Of a stretch of 64,000 bases of DNA, positions 61,101 through 64,000 are shown one piece after another (positions within the stretch are counted from its first letter, which is position 1; the number at the start of each line of letters is the position of its first letter). The notes under the pieces are model-generated. The model searched no databases and was not told the origin of the DNA. It was given only the letters and a program-made list of their open reading frames with translations. Location of the stretch: NCBI GenBank assembly GCA_964016885.1, contig OZ024740.1, positions 8,804,001 to 8,868,000 of the forward strand, read 5' to 3'. The position numbers and the translations under genes were made by a program. This DNA is from Eledone cirrhosa. Its lineage: Eukaryota.

Positions 61101-64000
61101 ATTGGTATATCAGTTTCGATTGGTATATCAGTTTCTATTGGTATATCAGTTCCGATTGGTATATCAGTTTCAATTGGTATGTCAGTTTCTATTGGTATAT
61201 CAGTTTCGATTGATATATCAGTTTCAATTAGTATGTCAGTTTCTATTGGTATGTCAGTTTCGATTAGTATATCAGTTTCTATTGGTATGTCAGTTTCGAT
61301 TTGTATGTCAGTTTCTATTGGTATATCAGTTTTCATTGGTATATCAGTTTTGATTGGTATATCAGTTTCGATTGGTATGTCAGTTTCGATTAGTATATCA
61401 GTTTCTATTGGTATGTCAGTTTCGATTGGTATGTTAGTCCTCGATTTGTATGTCAGTTTCTATTGGTATATCAATTTTGATTGGTATGTCAGTTTCTATT
61501 GGTATGTCAGTTTCTATTGGTATATCAATTTCGATTGGTATTTCAGTTTCGATTTGTATATCAGTTTCGATTCGTATGTCAATTTCGATTGGTATGTCAG
61601 TTTCGATTGGTATATCAGTTTCGATTGATATATCAGTTTCGATTGGTATATCGGTTTCCATTGGTATATCAGTTTTGATTGGTATATCAGTTTCTATTGT
61701 TATATCAGTTTCTATTGGTATGTCAGTTTCGAATGGTATGTCAGTTTCTATTGCTGTATCAGTTTTGATTGGTATATCAGTTTCTATTGGTATATCAGTT
61801 CCGATTGGGATATCAGTTTCGATTGGTATATCAGTTTCTATTGGTATATCAGTTCCGATTGGTATATCAGTTTCGATTGGTACGTCAGTTTCTATTGGTA
61901 TATCAGTTCCGATTGGTATATCAGTTTCGATTGGTATATCAGTTTCTATTGGTATATCAGTTCCGATTGGTATATCAGTTTCGATTGGTACGTCAGTTTC
62001 TATTGGTATAACAGTTTCGATTGGCATATCAATTTCGATTGGTATATCACTTTCGATTGGTATGTCAGTTTCTATTTGTATATCAGTATCTTTTGTATGT
62101 CAGTTTCGATTGGTATGTCATTTTCTATTGGTATATCAGTTTTTATTGGTATGTTAGATTCTATTGGTATGTCAGGTCCGATTGGTATGTTAGTCCGCGA
62201 TTCGTACGTCAGTTTCTATTGGTATATCAATTTTGATTGGTATGTCAGTTTCTATTGGTCTGTCAGTTTCTATTGGTATATCAGTTTCGATTGGTATGTC
62301 AGTTTCGATTAGTATATCAGTTTCTATTGGTATGTCAGTTTCTATTGGTATATCAATTTCGATTGGTATATCAGTTTCTATTGGTATGTCAGTTTCGATT
62401 CGTATGTCAGTTTCGATTGGTACATCAGTTTCGATTGGTAAGTCAGTTTCGATTTGTATGTCAATTTTGATTGGTATGTCAGTTTCGATTAGTATGTCAG
62501 TTTTGATATGTATGTCAGTTTCTATTGGTATATCAGTTTTGATTGGTATATCAGTTTCTATTGGTATATCAGTTCCGATTGGTATGTCAGTTTCGATTGG
62601 TATATCAGTTTCTATTGGTATATCAGTTTCGATTGATATACCAGTTTCGATTAGTATGTCAGTTTCTATTAGTATGTCAGTTTCGATTAGTATATCAGTT
62701 TCTATTGGTATGCCAGTTTCGATTTGTATGTCAGTTTCTATTGGTATATCAGTTTCGATTGGTATATCAGTTTCGATTGGTATATCAGTTTCGATTGGTA
62801 TGTCAGTTTATATTGGTATGTCAGTTTCTATTGGTATGTCACTTTCAATTGGTATATCAGTTTCGATTGATATGTCAGTTTTATTGGTATGTCAATTTCG
62901 ATTGGTATATCAGTTTCGATTGGTATGTCAGTCTCTATTGGTATATCAGTTTATATTTGTATGTCAGTTTCGATTGGTATGTCAGTTTCTATTGGTATAC
63001 CAGTTTTGATTGGTATGTTAGTTTCTATTGGTATATCAATTTCGATTGGTAGGTCAGTTTCTATTGGTATATCAGTTTCTATTGGTATGTCAGTTTTGAT
63101 TGGTATGTCAGTTTCTATTGGTATGTCAGTTTCTATTGGTATATCAGTTTCGATTGTTATATCAGTTTCTATTGTTACATCAGTTCCGATTGGTATATCA
63201 GTTTCGATTAGTATATCAGGTACTATTGGTATATCAGTCCCGATTGGTATATCAGTTTCGATTGGTATGTCAGTTCCTATTGGTATATCAGTCTCGATTG
63301 ATATATCAGTTTCAATTAGTATGTCAGTTTCTATTGGTATGATAGTTTCGATTAGTATATCAGTTTCTACTGGTATATCAGTTTCGATTGGTATGTCAGT
63401 TTCTATTGGTATGTCAGTTTCTATTGGTATATCGATTTCGATTGGTAGGTCAGTTTCTATTGGTATGTCAGTTTCAATTTGTATGTCAGTTTCTATTGGT
63501 ATGTCAGTTTCTATTGATATATCAGTTTCTATTTGTATCTCAGTTTCGATTGGTATGTCAGTTTCTATTGGTATATCAGTTTCGATTGGTAAGTTAGTTT
63601 CTATTGTTATGTCAGTTTCGATTAGTTTATCAGTTTCTACTGGTATATCAGTTTCGATTGGTATGTCAGTTTCTATTGGTATGTCAGTTTCTATTGGTAT
63701 ATCGATTTCGATTGATATGTCAGTTTCGATTTGTTTGTCAGTTTCTATTGGTATATCAGTTTCGATTGGTATGTCAGTTTTGATTGGTATGTCAGTTTCT
63801 ATTATTATATCAGTTTCTATTGGTATGTGAGTTTAAATTGGTATATCAGTTTCTATTGGTATATCAGTTCCGATTGGTATATCAGTTTCGATTGGTATAT
63901 CAGTTTCTATTGGTATATCAGTTCCGATTGGTATATCAGTTTCAATTGGTATGTCAGTTTCTATTGGTATATCAGTTTCGATTGATATATCAGTTTCAAT
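49174..64000 (+). repeat. 18-bp satellite array, segment 4, with 1.7-2.8 kb higher-order duplications; continues beyond window end
   Basis: Same monomer and orientation. ORF-pair offsets of 1703 (51841/53544), 1765 (53544/55309), 2016 (58046/60062) and 2827 (59406/62233, 60062/62889). Confidence 0.98.

Noticed and set aside
8-63985. Hundreds of ORFs (SVSIG[IM], YQFRLV, WYISFD, IETDIP repeats) as protein-coding genes
   Set aside because: The 18-bp monomer lacks stops in several frames. The ORFs overlap in all frames, shift at every 17/19-mer and show no domain or gene structure.
1-64000. CRISPR array
   Set aside because: Monomers are contiguous with no unique spacers, there are no cas genes, and the context is eukaryotic LINEs. 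The 112-bp units are also whole-unit repeats.
1-64000. Telomeric repeat or telomere-specific retrotransposon array
   Set aside because: The strand is T/G-skewed, but the monomer is long, heterogeneous and organised in higher-order blocks, with no TTAGG(G) tracts. The LINEs occur in both orientations.

Overview
Eukaryotic (metazoan) satellite-DNA window. About 55 kb is one head-to-tail array of an 18-bp monomer (consensus ATTGGTATRTCAGTTTCK, with 17- and 19-bp variants) organised into nested 0.2-5 kb higher-order duplications. The hundreds of SVSIG/YQFRLV/IETDIP ORFs are translation artefacts of this repeat. Four non-LTR retrotransposon pieces interrupt the array: (1) a 3.8-kb minus-strand RTE-clade LINE (20237-24015) with a C4HC3 PHD finger inserted in its RT, a 3x112-bp 3'UTR repeat and a damaged endonuclease N-terminus; (2) a 70-bp 3' stub of the same RTE family in the opposite orientation (25912-25981); (3) an apparently intact two-ORF CR1-group LINE (43929-49037); (4) a diverged 129-bp CR1 3' stub directly behind it (49045-49173). 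The most notable observations: CR1 ORF2 has no usable ATG, lies in the -1 frame, and a canonical G_GGA_AAC slippery heptamer abuts the ORF1 stop, suggesting -1 ribosomal frameshifting; both LINEs carry PHD-type fingers; all four insertions hit the same GTAT(R)T phase of the monomer. All analysis was done by eye and from the ORF track, with no database search.
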